From Klebsormidium nitens (Eukaryota; Plantae; Klebsormidiophyceae): a stretch of DNA of 64,000 nt. Each line of letters opens with the position of its first letter. Position 1 is the first letter of the stretch. The notes beneath the pieces were generated by a model. It was not told where the DNA came from, ran no database searches, and worked only from the letters and a program-made list of their open reading frames with translations. The stretch lies in assembly GCA_000708835.1 (NCBI GenBank), contig DF237161.1:79391-143390 (forward strand), written 5' to 3'. Both the position numbers and the translations under genes were made by a program. This document shows positions 1 to 13,099 of this stretch, piece by piece.

Positions 1-122
1 ACTGATCGACCAACATGACTCTTGTCGAATATGTCTTTGTTGAGAGCAATTTGCTTCTCCAAAGCTTGAGGACTTCCTGCAACCCACCTTCCGTACCGAC
101 TTGAGCCAATTCCTCTTTGCAG

Positions 123-3100
123 GTGCCTCCTGTCCGTCGCTCAGTCTGCATCTCCAACGCCTTCCGAGCGCCTCGCTCTGCTGGCCTCCATTGCACTGAG
201 CCGCGCCACCTTCGCGCGCATCCTGGCGAGCAACCCGGCGTCGCTTTTCCAGCTGCCCCATCCCAGTGTCTCAAACAGTGGCCCCAGCAAGACAGCGGCC
301 GCTTCGAAGGACCCAGCGGTGCCTTCCCTCACGAACACTTTTGAGAATAGTAAGAAGGGATCGGAGACCCTCGGGATAGGGACGCGGTGGGGCAAGGAAG
401 AAGTTGAGGGGTTTTTGAAAACTGTGGAGGACTGCGCACGGGCTGGTGTGGATGCCTCCAGCTTGTCAGTAGCTTCGGTGATTGTCTCTACGAAGGGAAG
501 TGTTCACACCCTGGCCTCGAGCGCACTGGAAGCGGCGGGTTTCGCACCCCTCCGCATGGGGACGGGGGACTTGGGACCAACGATTGGCCCCGCCCTGGAG
601 CGGGGGACGACTACAAACCAGGTACGAAGCGGGCAGTCTGCAGACCCTGAGCAGCTAGGCAGCGGGTTTTTGGAGTCGGCTTTCGAGGCAGTTTCGCGGC
701 AGACTAAGCAGGCAAATCTGTTCCTGGTTGCGGAGCAGACTGAGGGGGCCTCTCTGAGGCGACGCCCCCGTCCGGAGTCGGGCCCCGCCAGTCTGCTGCC
801 GAGAACCCTGCTGCTCGCAGCCAAGCAGCGGGGAACAAGTCAGGGGACCGCTCAGCAGGCGGCGGACGGAGTGGATGGGAGGGGAGAGAGAGCATCCCTG
901 ATAGAAGAAAAACAGCGGGGGGATGACGGGGTGCAGGCAGCAAGCAGAAACGGAAGCGAGGGGCCACAGCGAACGGGGGACCATGCCGTGGGATGGGCCG
1001 AGGCTGCGATCGCTGCCGCGGGTGCGGGGGCTCTTTTGAAGGCTGTGGAGGAGGTTATGGAGCAACGGGAGCAGGCGTGTCGAGTCGAGCGGGAGGCGGA
1101 AATGACGTGGCACGCGCCGGACGCCACGTGGCAGGCTGCGATCGACCGTTTGGAAAGCGGTGTGGTCGAGTGCCTTTCGAAGCTGATTGGAGGGCAGGAC
1201 CCAGCGGCAGGAGTGGTGGAGGGCGGACTGGGTGTAACGTTGACGGGCGAGAAAGGAAAGGGCAGACGGGTTCTGCGGGGCAGTCTGGAGGGGCTGGAAT
1301 ATATTTTTGCGGAAGGGAATGATGAGAACGGCCGGGTGAGCGAAGTGGAGGGAGGTCTCAGAAGCCGCACTGTTGCCGGTGGGGATGAAACTTGCCGTGC
1401 ATTCAGTGACGAGCTCCTTACGGACACTGGAGCAGTGGCAGAATTGAAGCGGATTGTGGTGGGGGAGCTGTTCGCAGCGGTGGGGTCTGTGGTGCGGATC
1501 CGCAGCCTCTTAGTGTCCACTCACGTCCGGAAGCTGAGCCCAGGGAACGAAACGACAGCGCAGCTGGGAAGCAGCCCTGCAGAGGGGGCCGAAAAGGGAC
1601 TGAAAGAGGGGGGAAAGACGTTGGACGTTGTGGAGAGAAAGGGAACGGACAAAGGGTCGAAAAGGAAGAAGCGGAAAGGAGGGGAGACTGATGGGTCTGG
1701 TGTTGTCGATGACAGCCCTTCTGAGCATGGGAGGAACGGAGATGAAGCTACTGAGCCGGGAAGTAGGAAAAAGAAACGGAGAGTCTCGCAAGAAGCAGGA
1801 GAAGTCGAAGACAGGGAAGTTAACCCGCCCGCAGTACTTGACAGCGCTGTCAGCGGCCCGAGTCCCGCCCTGGCGACCCTCGGGCGTCACCTCGCAGCGG
1901 CGAGCGACGTCGTCACTTCGTTCCTCCAGCGCGCGAGTCACGTATCTGCATCGCGTGGAAGCGGGACTCTACAGCGGCCGGAGATCACAGTAGAAAGCGC
2001 GCAGATGCTCGCGCACGTAGTCGACTTCCTCGAGGCCGCTGGCGGATGCTTTCCCCTCCTCTACCCCGCACCTCCGATCGCCGCTTTCGACTGGCTCGTC
2101 GAAACCCACCTTGCCCTGTTTGGAGTCTCAGCCACATCAACGTCGAGGCTTCCCAGCAGGCCGCAGACTGGCGGGCTGGAAGCCGCGCTTTCTGCCGTCC
2201 GATCTAGAGCGGAGGCGTCGTTTGGGACGTTGATCCGGGGAGCGTCCCGGCAGCAGCTCCTGCGCATGTTCCAGGCGGTGGAGAAGGACATGGCCAACGG
2301 AGACGGGGGCCCGCGGACCGAGGCCGCCGTGGGGGCGCTGGCAGTAGTGCTGGAGTCTGTGTCAGGTATGGCTTCTCATATCCGAATAGGTGTTCTTAAG
2401 TAAGAACTGGGCATTATCGAAATCTCGCTCTGGCTGCAAGATGGTCGAACGAGTGTCAAGTGGTCGTGAAGGCATGTGAAATGCACCTGTGCTTTAATCG
2501 TTTTTTCACTGCCTCCTCGACTTTCGTCGTTCGGAGATGTCTGGTTATCTCACTCGAAGAAGGGAAAAAATGGAAAAAAAAATCTGCGTCGATACTTTGT
2601 CAAACCAAGCCCAGGTGACAATAAGTTTCAAAAATCGTGCCAGCAGCACGAACAGCACGTCTCTTATTTTATTCACCTCCTTTCACACTCGGTCAACATG
2701 ATTCATTAAACCTGCTTTCGAAGTAACACTTAGCGGTCTTCTGTATCTGTGCAGGTCCAAAAAGCCTCCGGCTTCTCGCGAGCCACGCCCCCCGCCTGCT
2801 TTCCGTCCTCTTCTCCGTGATCGGGTCCGCAGCAGGCCACGGCGAACCGTGGGCGGCTAGGTCAGGAGGCCTGCTGACGTCAGCGCTGCAGGTGCTGACG
2901 ACCTTCGTGTCAAGAGAGGTTCTTTTCCCGCTGACTGCGGCCCAGGTGGGCCTGGCGCTCAGTGTTCCGGCAACCCTCTTCTCAGCCAGCCAGGCCCTGA
3001 CTCGTGGCAGCCAAACCCTCCCCTTGCCGACCGCACCAACCTCAGTCCCTTTACCCACGCCCGCACCGCCGTCCAAGAGCAGCTTCGAAGGCACCGCCCA

Positions 3101-4809
3101 GGTAGCTCCGATAGGTGCCAGCTCAGCGCCTGGCGCTAACGTGGCGGCAGGAGAGTGCGCCACGCTGTGCTCGGCGTCGCGGCTCCTGCAGGCCGTTCTG
3201 CGGCACCGGCCAAAGGAGGTGCGGCGGTGCGCGGCGCTCCTGGTGGGCTCGCTTCAGGCCATGCTGCAGGCCATCGCAGCGTGGTCGCAGGATGCCGTGC
3301 GGCAGGAGGCTGCCGGGACTGCCTGCGCCGCACTGAGGCGGGTCTACGAGGAGGTGCGCTATCATTGCAAATAGCCTGACTTCAGACAGTGTCAACATCT
3401 TTCCTGTGGAAAGATTCACTTGCACTGTGTTTCAGGAGCGGGGCATTCAAAAGACATTTGGGAGGCAACTCTGTCTGCTCATTCTGGAGTTGGAGGGGCG
3501 TTCGCATTTGTTGGGCCTTGCCAAAGTCGTTAGCGGAGACGTGCTGACAGACGTATGCAACATTTGTGCTCAAACTTGTCGTCGACGTCAGCTTGCCTTT
3601 CACCCTCGTCACACCCCACCAGACCAGGTTGTAGGTAACAACTTGCGTTCTTACTGCCAGGACTCTCATGCAAACTCTGTGGCTGCGTGTTGGTTTTGCG
3701 GCTCGTCTCCGGCCCTCAAGAGTGCCCGCAATGAGTTGCTTCCCAATGGCACAAGGCCATTCAAAAGCACGCTGAAGAAGACCGCTGCTTCCGTCTCCAG
3801 TACTCAAGAGAACTCTGTCGCCAGCTCGAATCGTGCGTGTTTCGATTTAAAGTCGTTTCGTGGCTGTGCCGCAGGTGGGCAACCACAAGGCGTCGCTGAG
3901 CCACTACTGCGTGCACATGCTGGCCGACTACCTCGCCGCGCTCTGCGGCCTGACCGCCTCCAAGGACGCCATCAGCAGGTGCGGGCCGCAGCACTCGTTA
4001 GAGAATCGTTCAGTCCATCGCTCTGTTGATCCAAACCTGCGAATGGCGAAGACGCTTGCTTTTCTCAATCAGTCCTGGCTCGCTCCGGAGGCCGTCGCAT
4101 GTAGATGCGTCAGCTTCTAAAATCGACGTCTTATTTCTTGCACGTGTCGTCTTGTAACTTACCGAGGACGGCTGTTCTCTTTCGTCTTGAGCTCATTGTG
4201 GATTCGCTGTGGCAGGGACGCCGCGACGACGCTCCGGTCCGGCATCTTTGCGCTGTTCGACTCGTGCTCGCCGTACGATCTTCAGCAGCTGCACGCCAGC
4301 CTGGGGGCAGGTCAGTAGCCAGCTCCGTGCACTGTGCTGTGGAGAGCTGGTCCAACACTTACAATGTCTTGTCATTTTCCGGAGGTGACCGGCCGCCTTA
4401 GATGGGGCACTTGAATGAGGGCTCAGTGACAGAAAGGAATGCATCGGAGAAACACAGTTAGTCTTCGTCAAAAGTCGGCTTCTCTTGAAGTCCCAATATC
4501 ACATTATACTGGGATGGTTGAGTTTGACTAATGCTTCCGCGATTGGAAGAGAGGGCGTGTGCACCGACTTCGAAGTGTCTGTGCCGTGAGACTGACAGCT
4601 TGTTGAATATCTTTGCACCTTTGCTGTGCTCACAACTTGAGAGATGCACGAGCGGGTATCAGGTGCCAAAGGTACCATTTGCAAAACCGGGTTAGGTCTT
4701 TTTATCGAGTTCGATCATCGTTCATGGTGCAGATGCGACGAGAAGGAACGCGCTGGCGGCTCTTCGCCAAGACTACGAGAAACGTCACAAGTATACGGGC
4801 AAGGTTTAA
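123..4809 (+). CDS. URB2: Nucleolar pre-ribosomal protein Urb2/Npa2 family, 5'-partial (gene starts upstream of window)
   Basis: Phase-consistent exons 123-2365, 2755-3353, 3875-3978, 4216-4310, 4733-4809 with GT-AG introns. The C-terminus reads ...LRRVYEEV|GNHKASLSHYC...LRSGIFALFDSCSPYDLQQLHASLGA|DATRRNALAALRQDYEKRHKYTGKV*, the pattern of the plant/fungal Urb2/Npa2 C-terminal domain (..YxGKV*). Family assignment is from motif recall, not a database search. Confidence 0.85.
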
Positions 4810-5447
4810 ACTGTGACACACCGAGCCAAAACTGGGGTATCATCCTAGCGGGCTGCACGTGTACGCCGCTCCAACTTTTAGTCAGAAGCAGGTTCTAGCT
4901 TTTCCTTTGCGGCCGGGGCTGTAAAGATTAATTGTCTGCATTCGTGGCCGCTCGCACAACCAAGCACGCCAAATTTGTGCATGACTAGTTTAGTAGGTTC
5001 ACTGAAGTCAAACTGGTCCAGCGCCGCCCAAGCCTTGTCGTTGTACTCATGGTGACGGCTTCAATCGGGCCCCGATGTTTTGGCCACAGCTTGCGGTACT
5101 TGGACACTCTGTCTCTTAGGATTGACGGTCACAAACTTCCAACTGGCCCATCCACCATCGTCACGGTTGTTATGCGCATGTGGTGATGCAGCTTCAGTGT
5201 GGTCTGACAGCCTCTTCCCCGCAACTTGCCATGGTCGATCGCCATGGTAGTGCTTGCAATGGAGCACCGGCTACAGCAGTACTTGTGTGATCGTGGAACT
5301 CCGCGCCAGCCCGGCCGCCATATTCTGACAGGGTTGTCAAGTTACTCGCCCATTAAGCGTTGGCGGCATGTGTCGATCACGCGCAGTCAACGCCTCGACA
5401 TACATACGTGATCTACTAAGTTGTGGTATGCAGGGTCTACTAAAGCA

Positions 5448-6210
5448 TACACAAGCTACCTATGGTGGGTACCGGCCGAGTCGATTCCGACTCCGGCCGC
5501 CACAAAATCGATTTAGCGCGTATCGAATATCGTCAGTGTTACCGGCGGTTCGCGTCACGGCTACTCAGGTTTATGTTACTCGGGCGGTACAAATACTCAG
5601 AGAATTTTGCCGGGCCGTAAGTAAGTGTGAGGAGATTCTTAAACAGTGTCAGGTTTTACACTTTGAGAGGAGCATCAAATTGGCACGCAAAGAAGAGCCA
5701 TATGCAGGCTTATAAAAACCTCTGACAAGCAGAAAAAAATGTTGGGAGAGCGTCATGAAGGCTCCTTCGAAGCTCCAACATCTTGTTATGTTGAGGACAA
5801 ATCGGAAGAAGCACCATCGTGGCTGCAAATTGGCCGCCATTGCTTGCTTCTAAAAAGCGCCATTCCCTACACTCCCGTTTCCATCTTCTGCACTCTCCTT
5901 TCAAGTTAGGTACCGCGGTACTCTAGGGTGGTTCGAGTCGGAACTTCCGATCGAAACCATGATTTTCAAATTTCACGTACGGTCAGACTTGATCGGTACC
6001 GTACCGCCGGAAACTCCGGAAGTTTCTGACGATCGGAATGTCAGACAGATTCTAATTTATGAACTCGGACCGGATTCTCAAGTACCGGTCTGCACGGTCG
6101 TCAGTACCGCGTACAGTAATTGTCGCGACGCGACACACCGGTGATTCAAATTTGTGACCGGATCGTCGCGCGATCGAGACCGCCGATACCCACCATAGGT
6201 TGCTTGTGTA
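5448..6210. mobile_element. MITE-like non-autonomous DNA transposon (TA-flanked, Tc1/mariner type)
   Basis: 29-nt inverted repeats 5448-5476 (tacacaagctacctatggtgggtaccggc) and 6182-6210 (reverse complement tacacaagcaacctatggtgggtatcggc), 2 mismatches. Both ends carry TA and there is no transposase ORF inside. Confidence 0.7.
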
Positions 6211-6834
6211 ATTTGAACATATGCAATCATTGCCTTATGCGGTGGCACCGTCATATGATAGTCATTATAATCCATCGATGGTCCATGCGATCCATCGCAA
6301 TGGGCGATCACAAAAATTGCACGTTTTCCGCATAGTGCTAGCTCGCACGGCCCGCCGGTCTCGACATCGATATAAACATGGGAACCATATGTACCCTCGA
6401 TTCTTTGATCTGTATGCAAGCGCTGGCAATCAGCGTGAATTATGCGGTGCATGAGCTGATCCCGATTGAACCTGCCGCCGAGCTGGCGAATCTTCTTTCA
6501 ACTGCAACTGGCATTGCGTTTGCCGGCCGCGAACAAGTCCAAAAGCTGTGCTACACTACGCCGTCAATTTTGATTTTTATAGGACTTTTTATGTCGGTTT
6601 TGACAGGGAGCACTACCGTCGCTCTGGGTAGCTTGCGTCCTTCCATATCCGAATGCTCGAACGAAATCAGCGACGGCGACGCCGTAAAAGTGCGCCTGCT
6701 GCCAGTGCGTGAAGAGTCGCTCGCCAAACTGCGAAGTAGTTCCTCCCCAAGAACGTTCCTCAGCTTGCCTCAAATGAATCGTTCCAGTAGTTCAAAGATT
6801 TAGCTGTCCAGTATTCGGTCGAAGGAAAGAGGAA

Positions 6835-9292
6835 TTACAGGCGGGGACGTGGCAGCCCCTTGCGCTCGAAAGACGACTGCTTAATAAAAGGCGCGCTAGC
6901 TACTTGAACGTGCAGAACAGCTTCAATGTTGTCAGTGTCTGTGTCTTCTAAGGCTTGCTCCGAGCGCTCAAAGGTCAACCCCGTCTCACTCTTCGAAGCA
7001 GTTTGCGTATGTGCAAGAGGAGTCGATTGCAGCATCAGCCAGCGCTTTCTTGCCCTTTCCAAGAACTCGGATACTGCAGTCCTGTAATCGTCACGGTGTA
7101 GGCGCAAGTGTCCTGTCGAGAAGACGACGTTTCCGTCAAGAGCGCAAACATACTGCGTCTCGTCAACCGCCCTTGACATCTTACTCCTACCTAAATGGGA
7201 TAAGTCGTCATGCAGCTTGTCTTCACCGCACTAGACCGCAGCACCGATGCATCAATCCTTGCTGATTTGAAACGGTCTCTGAAGGATCTCTGGAGGCTGA
7301 ACAAGCTAAAATGTACACCAATCTTTTGAACCGTGAAAGCAGTGGCGTGAGCCCTCACCTACGTGGAGGGACTGGGGCCATGTAACCGCTGTTACGTCTG
7401 CCCCAACTTTCCGCACGTTTGCGACAAACTCATCGATCCTCTCTGCCGGGGCCAGCGGGTCATCTCGACTGTACAGAAGCAGGAGGGGTTGCAGGACCTG
7501 GACACACGTGGCACAGCAACAGTGGGCTTCATGTGACCCCTTGTCAGCATAATTTGGCGCTTAATCTGTTGGAGGACTCACTTGTGTGCACTGCCTTCCA
7601 CGTTGTCTGAAAGGAGAAGACAGGGGGTGAACACGATCGAAGCTCGACATAGTGTGCTTGGCAACCTGCAGGAATCAAGCGGGAGCACACCCCAAGAATG
7701 CAGGGCTGCTCTGAATAGTATCTGATGGGTTCTTTGACCTTACTTGCAACTGCCAATCAATCACGGATTGCGGGGCAATTTTGACAGTGCGGGCAACGAT
7801 CTGGACTGGCTGATCAATGGTCCACCGCCATCTGATCCTGCTTTCGCGTTTCTCAGCACTGCTACAATTCAGCCCAGTCTGTTTTCGAAAAGCGCAGCTT
7901 CCCAACATGCACAGAGCAGAGTTCCAGTGCGTAGTCTTTTGAGCACATGTTCGATTCAGATCGAGGTACTCTGCTGTCACTAGATTGCAAGGCTCGACGA
8001 TAGTTGCACAAACACTCCAAATACATCTATCCTTCATAAACGACAGGCTCTGATTATGCAAAGAGCGCCTTACCGCTGCCCTTTCCAGTGTCTGCCAAAA
8101 GTCCCGCCTGTCGGCCTCAAAGTGTCCTTTGAACAAGCCGTCCAAGACAATTGCAGTGCCTTTCGCAGCTAGAAAGCGAGCCGTGCTTTGTTGACCCCCT
8201 GGGGGGTGGCTTAGGAAGCGGACACCTATTTTAGACACAAAATCGATTGGACTGGAATCATAGATCTGGCCAACAATACAGCTTTGCAGGGGGCGGTACT
8301 TCTGACAAGCTTCTGGATCCACTTCTGGACACTGGTCGAGCAAGACCTGCAACACAAGATTGGACATGTTGACATACGGTCTTGCCTGAAACTCAACCTA
8401 CCACAGGGGACGCAGCGTCCATTGCTTCCATGAGAGATTGAGACGATGGCTCCAAGTTTTCTGCGAGAGAGCTTGACAGATTTGATCGACGCTTTGCTTT
8501 TGCCAAACCAATTGCTGCTAGATGACGGATAATCACACCGTCAACAACCAGAACGATCAAAAGAAATGCACAACATCTGGAACTGCCCCACTCATCATTG
8601 TCGCCAGGGGTACAGCAAGCTATTCAGCTCGCACAAACCTCCACTCACCTGCCAGAGTTTGTACAGACACGCCTTGGCGCCCCCGGAAAATGCAGCGAAA
8701 ACCAACGGCCTGAGACCACCCTGGGTCCTTTCCAGCAGTGTATCAAGAACTTGGAGAGCAAGACGAAGGGCCCGCCCTGGAAGCCAGCTGGACAGGAGAA
8801 TGAGCAGCAAAGGCTCAGAAACAGCTGGAATATGGAGAATCAAGCCTGATCATGCAAGGAACAACTGGAGCATTGAAAGGGCTCAGTGAATACTCGATGC
8901 AGTGCAGGGCAGCCTGATCAACTCTTTCAGCTGTACTGAGCTTCAAGCTAGAAAATAGCCCTGGCACAGCTTGTCTTATGATTGATCAAGATTCGAAATT
9001 CACCACTGAGCTTCACACAGCTGCAGAGTCTGAGTTCAGTTTTCTGATCGTGATGGAGGAAGCAGAAGACGTACAGGTTCAATGTGCCTGGACGCACGGC
9101 AAGAGCATCCCAGCCACACTCGTGGTACAGCCGCGTGTAAGTGCTGATGTGCCTCCGCTCACAGCTCATCCAGCCAAAAAGGACCACAATGGGGGCATTC
9201 TCCACGACAGCAGCTGAGAGGTCGTTGCCAGTGTCTGAGGTTCTTCCGCCGCTGCTCCAGTACAGGTCATCTGGAGCTCCTGCCCAGCCCAT
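6835..9292 (-). CDS. TMEM53/DUF829-family alpha/beta-hydrolase-fold protein
   Basis: Exons (5'->3') 9292-9075, 8787-8649, 8346-8074, 7497-7359, 7112-6835, all in phase. Motifs PIVVLFGWM, LVFAAFSGG, GQIYDSSP, LLLLYSRDDPL and WPQSLHV|GHLRLH are typical of DUF829. Confidence 0.85.
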
Positions 9293-10033
9293 CCTCAAGG
9301 GAGCCCACAAGCATGACCGAGCACGCAGGAGTTTCCAACACGGGCGTGCACAATGCACAGGCAAATTGCAGGTTCACTTGCACTTCCAGGTTCAACTTGA
9401 TGCGAAGTTCAAGGATGTTGACGGTTCCGGGTTGACCCGTCATTGTCAATGATGAAATTTTTAGATTGTACATGGAAATCTGGCAGCATAGACGGCGCAA
9501 AGGACGTCACTTTCCGCCGCCGGCGTCCTGGTCTCTCCCAGACTTGAACCTTCACATTGTCGGCCGTCCACGGTCCCGTCGCGGGTTTTAAGTAGGTAGC
9601 TGCAAACAATCTACAGGACAGAATGTGTTCATTTTCTATGTTTTCATGTCGAAGGTATGTACACAGACACCAGCTGGAATGTGGTGAACACAGAAAGGTG
9701 ACGGCATTCCCTCAGCCCACTCAGCTCAGCCTTCCCTGTTGATCACTTTCTTCTAGCCTACTGCTGCTGCCTAGCTCTACCTGTTCTGGTATGTCAGAGA
9801 TGGCGCATCCTCACTTGTGCCCAGTCATGGGGATGTCGTTCTCCCCGGAGCCTCAGTTCTGTTCTTGTCCTGATACCAATGTTTTGTTGCACTTCAATTC
9901 TGGTCCCAAACCCTCGGCTCGAGCTTTCCTTGAGGACACTGCCATTTCAGCAGCAAGCACTGATAGTTGGTGCGAGGTAAGACATCCTTGGTTCCTGTCA
10001 GTACGAGCAGCTGCAGCATTGAGTGGGCTGCAT

Positions 10034-10039
10034 TATAAA
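10034..10039 (+). promoter_or_regulatory. Possible TATA box (TATAAA) ~40 nt upstream of ATG 10078
   Basis: TATAAA precedes an ATG that opens a signal-peptide-like exon. Positional argument only. Confidence 0.25.
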
Positions 10040-10077
10040 GCGAGGGCAAAGCACACTGCGGAGGTGCAAGCTGCAAA

Positions 10078-12819
10078 ATGGCGCAGCATTCCATTGTGGA
10101 GGGAACGGCTACGAGCTATACATGGCTGCGGAATCGTAGCATCCTCCTTTTGCTGACAGCCACTCTTTGTGTCCTCTGCAATCAACCCAGAACCGTGGAG
10201 GGTGCTCCGACTCATGGGTAGGTATCTAGGACCTGCCCGCATTGTAAGAGTTTCGCTAAAATCTGGATGGACAGCACACTCGGTAGAAAGCTTGCATCCT
10301 GTGGTCCATGAGAAACTCTGTGGAACTGCCTCTTGTTGCTGGGGTGCATTACATGCTGTCCCGTGCTTGACCGACCACCTCATTCATGCACACAAGAGAA
10401 GGCTGCTCACTGCGTGGCTGGTGTTTAATCTAAGTTGATGGTATTCCATCAACTAGTGTAAGATAATCGGTGCTTGGGAAGTGTCCAGAAATGTTTTTGA
10501 AAGCGTGGACGAGTAGTGACCTCCAGTGGCAAGCTGCCCATCGTCAGGGGTCAGCATTAGATTGCTGATGTCTCAAGCCTCCGACCATGACAATGGTGGG
10601 ACTCATGGGAAGGTGGCACTTCTTGCCACTTTCAAGTTGGTTTTGTGTCTCCCAGCCTTTGGGCCACAATCCCCGTGCACTGCAGTCTGAACTCACACCT
10701 GGGCCTATGCTTGCAGGCTCAGGGGGTCACCACGTTCTGTCAGTCTCCATCCTGGTGAGGGGCCATTCTTCGCAACTGAAAATCGGCATTGTAGATGCAC
10801 TTTGTCCTATTGCTGTGCCTGAGAGGAATGGTTCCGTGCCTCTTTTGATTGCTTGACACCAGCTCTGAAGCTGACTCTTGGTCCTTACTTCCGTTACCTC
10901 AGGTCGCCGTCTACAGCAGAGCCAAGGGACCGTAGCTTGCCCCAGCGGCCAAGTGGCATGGACCAATTGCGGCGTTGCTTTTGATGCCACCAAGCAAGTG
11001 TGCATCAACGGCCGCATCTGTCTCATGTGAGCATCGTTCGTAAATGTTCAAAGCTGACTTACCTACCCACTCACCAGAGTGATCCAAGAAAGAGACAACT
11101 TGCATAGCTTTTGAAGAGAGTACCAGACAATGTCAGTCTTCTTCCACCAAAGGCAATACAGTATCTGCGAGACCCCAGGGTGAGGTTTCAGCAGTGATGC
11201 CCTAGAAATGTGGCAATGATGCTCTGGAAATGAGACAACAGGTGCTGTGACTGAATTTTTGGATTTCCGATCCTTCTTTCAACCCAGACTTTGGTCAGTA
11301 CTTTCCTCAAGGTCTTCATGCCTTCGATACTCTTAGCAGCACCAGACACCTTATCAAGTTCCGAAGATTTCCACAGTCTGTTACAACCTTCTCCTCGCCT
11401 CATTCATGCATTGCCTGCTTCTTCAGCCCTGCCCCTCAGCTTGCAGCCGCTTGCTTGATGTTGACAACAGGCTCATACTGTAAGTTTTCACTCCTATGTT
11501 CTCAAACACCTTGCTCTCATTCAGTGCTGCCGCATGGTTGCTCTGCAGTGGTCAGGAGCTCTGCAGCAATGCGTGCTTCTACCCCACGAAGTCGAGCTGC
11601 ATTGCTGCTTCACTCGAAAGGGACCACCCAGGCGCTAATGACGGCAGCGAGACTCGCAACTGCACGACAGCTGTCAGCACGAGTTCAGCTGTCAGCGCAA
11701 GTACAGCTGTCAATGCCAATCCTGTAACCTTGGGTGCTGCTACCCCTGCATCGCCCACTTACTTTGCCGGTGCAAGTGACAGACACGAGGATGGCGTAGG
11801 GAGTTCTCTGCCTTTCATTTTGCCATTGTTTGAACCCCTTGAATGTTCTTAGGGGGTGGATGTGGTCTTGGCCCTGAGGATTTCAGAGAGCAAGACTGGA
11901 CTTCGTTCTTTGGCTGCTTGCTTCGGCTGCTCGATAAGAGGGTCTTTTGACAACGACGATCTCAAGACGGCTGCCACCGCACCGTATGCTTACCCCTCAG
12001 AAGAAAGACAGAACATTGGAAGGATAGAAGAACAAATCGCTTGCGCTAGGGCCAACTCTTATGTTCTTTGGATTACAGGCGCCATCATGATTGCTATCTG
12101 GTAGCTGGTTGCACACTCCGACTCTGTCTGGGCAGCCGTACCGCAGCCAGAACTTCTCGTGCCAATTATATTGGGTCCCAACTTCAACATAACCCACCAC
12201 TTTTCCTTCCGCATGTTACGGAGGAAGACGTTTTTGGCTGTAAACTTTCAAGCGACGCTACTCTTTCCTGCTCTCTTCTTCGAAAGGGCTAGAATGAAGC
12301 TAGATGCCGCCCTTGCGCTGCTTGTTTGGTCGCCAGAAAGGAAGGAAGTGAGAGCTAGAACGCAACACCCTTTGCGGACACCATCACGAAACCCAAAAAG
12401 TGCACACGAAGATCTTCTTCCAGACCGTCCGATATGCGGACGACGGCTTCGATTCTTCTTCAAAAAGAGAGAAACTTGCACAAAGTAGGACACGGTATAT
12501 AGGCACGAGCTTGACCACGCTAAAAGAGGGGGCGTCGGTCTATTTGGAAACCCATCCTCTGTCGTCAAACGCTTTCGCCCTACGTTCTTACAACTTCGAG
12601 CCGTTTCTCAACCCTCCTTTCCACCATTGGTATCTGCAGAACGTGGCAGCTGTTGTTGGGGGGATTGTTGGTGGGGTCACTCTACTAGGGGCGATAACAA
12701 TCATTGTCATCATATTTTCCCGACGGCGGAGGAGTGAGGCTAAAGCGACAGAGTTCAAAAAGATGATAAAGGAAACAGCCGTAGCTGAGGCAGCCAATGG
12801 ACAAGAGCCGCGTGGTTAA
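10078..12819 (+). CDS. Putative type-I membrane protein: signal peptide, Cys-rich CBM52/Carb_bind-like module, Ser/Thr/Ala stalk, single TM, short basic tail
   Basis: Exons 10078-10201 (…SILLLLTATLCVLCNQPRTVEG), 10903-11026 and 11525-11769 splice in phase to give G-RRLQQ…CGVAFDATKQVCINGRICLIAAAWLLCSGQELCSNACFYPTKSSCIAASL…TTAVSTSSAVSASTAV. The last exon 12640-12819 encodes NVAAVVGGIVGGVTLLGAITIIVIIFSRRRR. Exons between 11770 and 12639 are ambiguous. Confidence 0.45.
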
Positions 12820-13099
12820 ATCTGGATTGCAAGATATGTGAGCGAGCCTGAGTATCTGCTGAAAGCAACTCAAGAGAAATCGAAGGAGGTCTCGAGAATC
12901 AAAGGCTTGGTGACTTACATAAGGTGCCTAAAGGGTAAGAAGTTGAGCTCTTCAGATGCTGTATCCTTGTCCAAGCGCTTTTCGACCCAGACTGCTGCGG
13001 ACAAGGGTCTCTTGTCGAGCTGGAAGGCCTGTTACAAATTTTCGAGCCACTCTAGTATCATTATTGCATGGTGAACATGTATAGCATTTGCTTTTTTAA

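Noticed and set aside
5925-5945. tRNA/SINE from a GGTTCGAGTC B-box-like word
   Set aside because: No cloverleaf or convincing A box, and it lies inside the MITE.
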